In this document: piece after piece, positions 63,464 to 64,000 of the stretch | Position numbering within the stretch: position 1 is the first letter of the stretch | Layout of the letters: the number at the start of each line of letters is the position of its first letter | Assembly: GCA_040390725.1 (NCBI GenBank) | Contig: JAZJXT010000005.1 | Coordinates: 13,301-77,300 of the forward strand | Direction: 5' to 3' | From: Patescibacteria group bacterium | GTDB lineage: Bacteria; Patescibacteriota; Minisyncoccia; Phycocordibacterales; UBA9973 | Length of the DNA stretch: 64,000 nt | The notes under the pieces: generated by a model | Databases searched by the model: none | Seen by the model: only the letters and a program-made list of their open reading frames with translations | Told to the model about the DNA's origin: nothing | Translations under genes and position numbers: made by a program

Positions 63464-64000
63464 TTAGTAAACTGATCCGGAAGACACGCTTTTTACTTTT
63501 ATTATATTGTCGATAACATCAAATTTTGCGTTAGTGTTTAACTCAAAATTTAATTTAACAGTGCCATCGATATCCATGCCGTTTGTGTCATCGCTGTCAG
63601 TATGACCTCCTCCTATTTTTACGACATTATTAGTATCTATGTCTACACTTGCACTGCTTTTGGTTTCAGTTTTGACAACTGGAGCGAAAATGTACCCACC
63701 ATTTCCTGTCACATGAAGTGACTTGCTAGCCATAAAGTCAAAATTAACGCTGGAAGTCTCTCCGTTGCTTACCACTAGAACAGTGTTGATTTTGAGCTCT
63801 CCAGAAGGGAGTTTCGCTTCTTTCACAGTTCCATTTTTCATTTTTATCATCACGCTGCTTACCATCAAGCGAACTTGATCATAAGTTCCAGTTGGTGCTG
63901 AAATGCTCGCCAGAAATGAATTTTCATTATTCGCTTTTAATGCAAGTAAGTTGTAAGTGTAAGGGGTAGTTGTAACGGTAGTCCAACCATTCGCCTCACT
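63464..64000 (-). CDS. DUF4382-like domain protein, partial (N-terminus beyond window end)
   Basis: The reading frame is open to the window edge. NLLALKANNENSFLASISAPTGTYDQVRL...KLPSGELKI...NFDFMASKSLHVTGNGGYIFAPVVK fits the DUF4382 pattern DLLAL...GTYTQLRL...KVPSGAQTGLKL...DFDA.KSV...G.Y.L.PV. Confidence 0.55.
   Translation of the reverse strand, partial: SEANGWTTVTTTPYTYNLLALKANNENSFLASISAPTGTYDQVRLMVSSVMIKMKNGTVKEAKLPSGELKINTVLVVSNGETSSVNFDFMASKSLHVTGNGGYIFAPVVKTETKSSASVDIDTNNVVKIGGGHTDSDDTNGMDIDGTVKLNFELNTNAKFDVIDNIIKVKSVSSGSVY

Noticed and set aside
1-64000. CRISPR arrays, rRNA genes, tRNA genes and integrase/transposase genes
   Set aside because: No direct repeats with regular spacers were seen. 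There are no rRNA- or tRNA-like conserved blocks (GTTCGAATC-type T-loops) and no recombinase ORFs. Mobile-element evidence is limited to non-autonomous palindromic elements.

Overview
This 64 kb window looks like the core chromosome of a low-GC bacterium with a reduced genome, plausibly Candidate Phyla Radiation (Patescibacteria); that taxonomic guess is inference. Evidence: no Shine-Dalgarno sequences, short mini-SMC, UvrC, MurE and Obg forms, and many fused or truncated genes. The standard genetic code applies, since TGA/TAA/TAG all terminate recognisable genes. Recognised genes include rpmF, a NusB-Nudix fusion, rnc, a short SMC, rnr, rpsP, a KH-domain protein, trmD, suhB, the rpoB-rpoC-dnaG-rpoD block, uvrA, uvrC, an ATP-grasp/ddl/secA/murE/murD/murC cell-wall cluster, dnaE, obg, gatB, class I fbaB, rplY, rpmE, prfA, scpA/scpB and two DD-carboxypeptidases. 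Ten genes show a TGnTATAAT-like extended -10 ending 6-7 nt before the start codon, which suggests widespread leaderless translation. Accessory and unusual content: (a) a MITE-like palindromic element family (CCTCACCC termini) with one copy carrying a decayed DUF559 endonuclease pseudogene and one copy inserted in frame in uvrC; (b) a GC-enriched islet at 4713-5945 with two unknown genes and a canonical sigma70 promoter; (c) a conserved 32-bp nested palindrome in three copies, two of them bracketing a PaaX-like (wHTH plus Cas2-like) regulator gene upstream of a secreted BNR beta-propeller gene; (d) an accessory cluster with a patatin-like protein, a RelE/ParE toxin-antitoxin pair and unknowns; (e) an envelope redox cluster (DsbA, a Cys/His/Met-rich DUF378 protein, a GT2 synthase, a membrane thioredoxin-like protein); (f) several unexplained GC-rich structured intergenic elements, a putative sRNA, and an AT-rich 430-bp intergenic region with DnaA-box-like motifs. 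No CRISPR array, rRNA or tRNA gene was found. Coordinates of small motifs are hand-read and may be off by a few bases.
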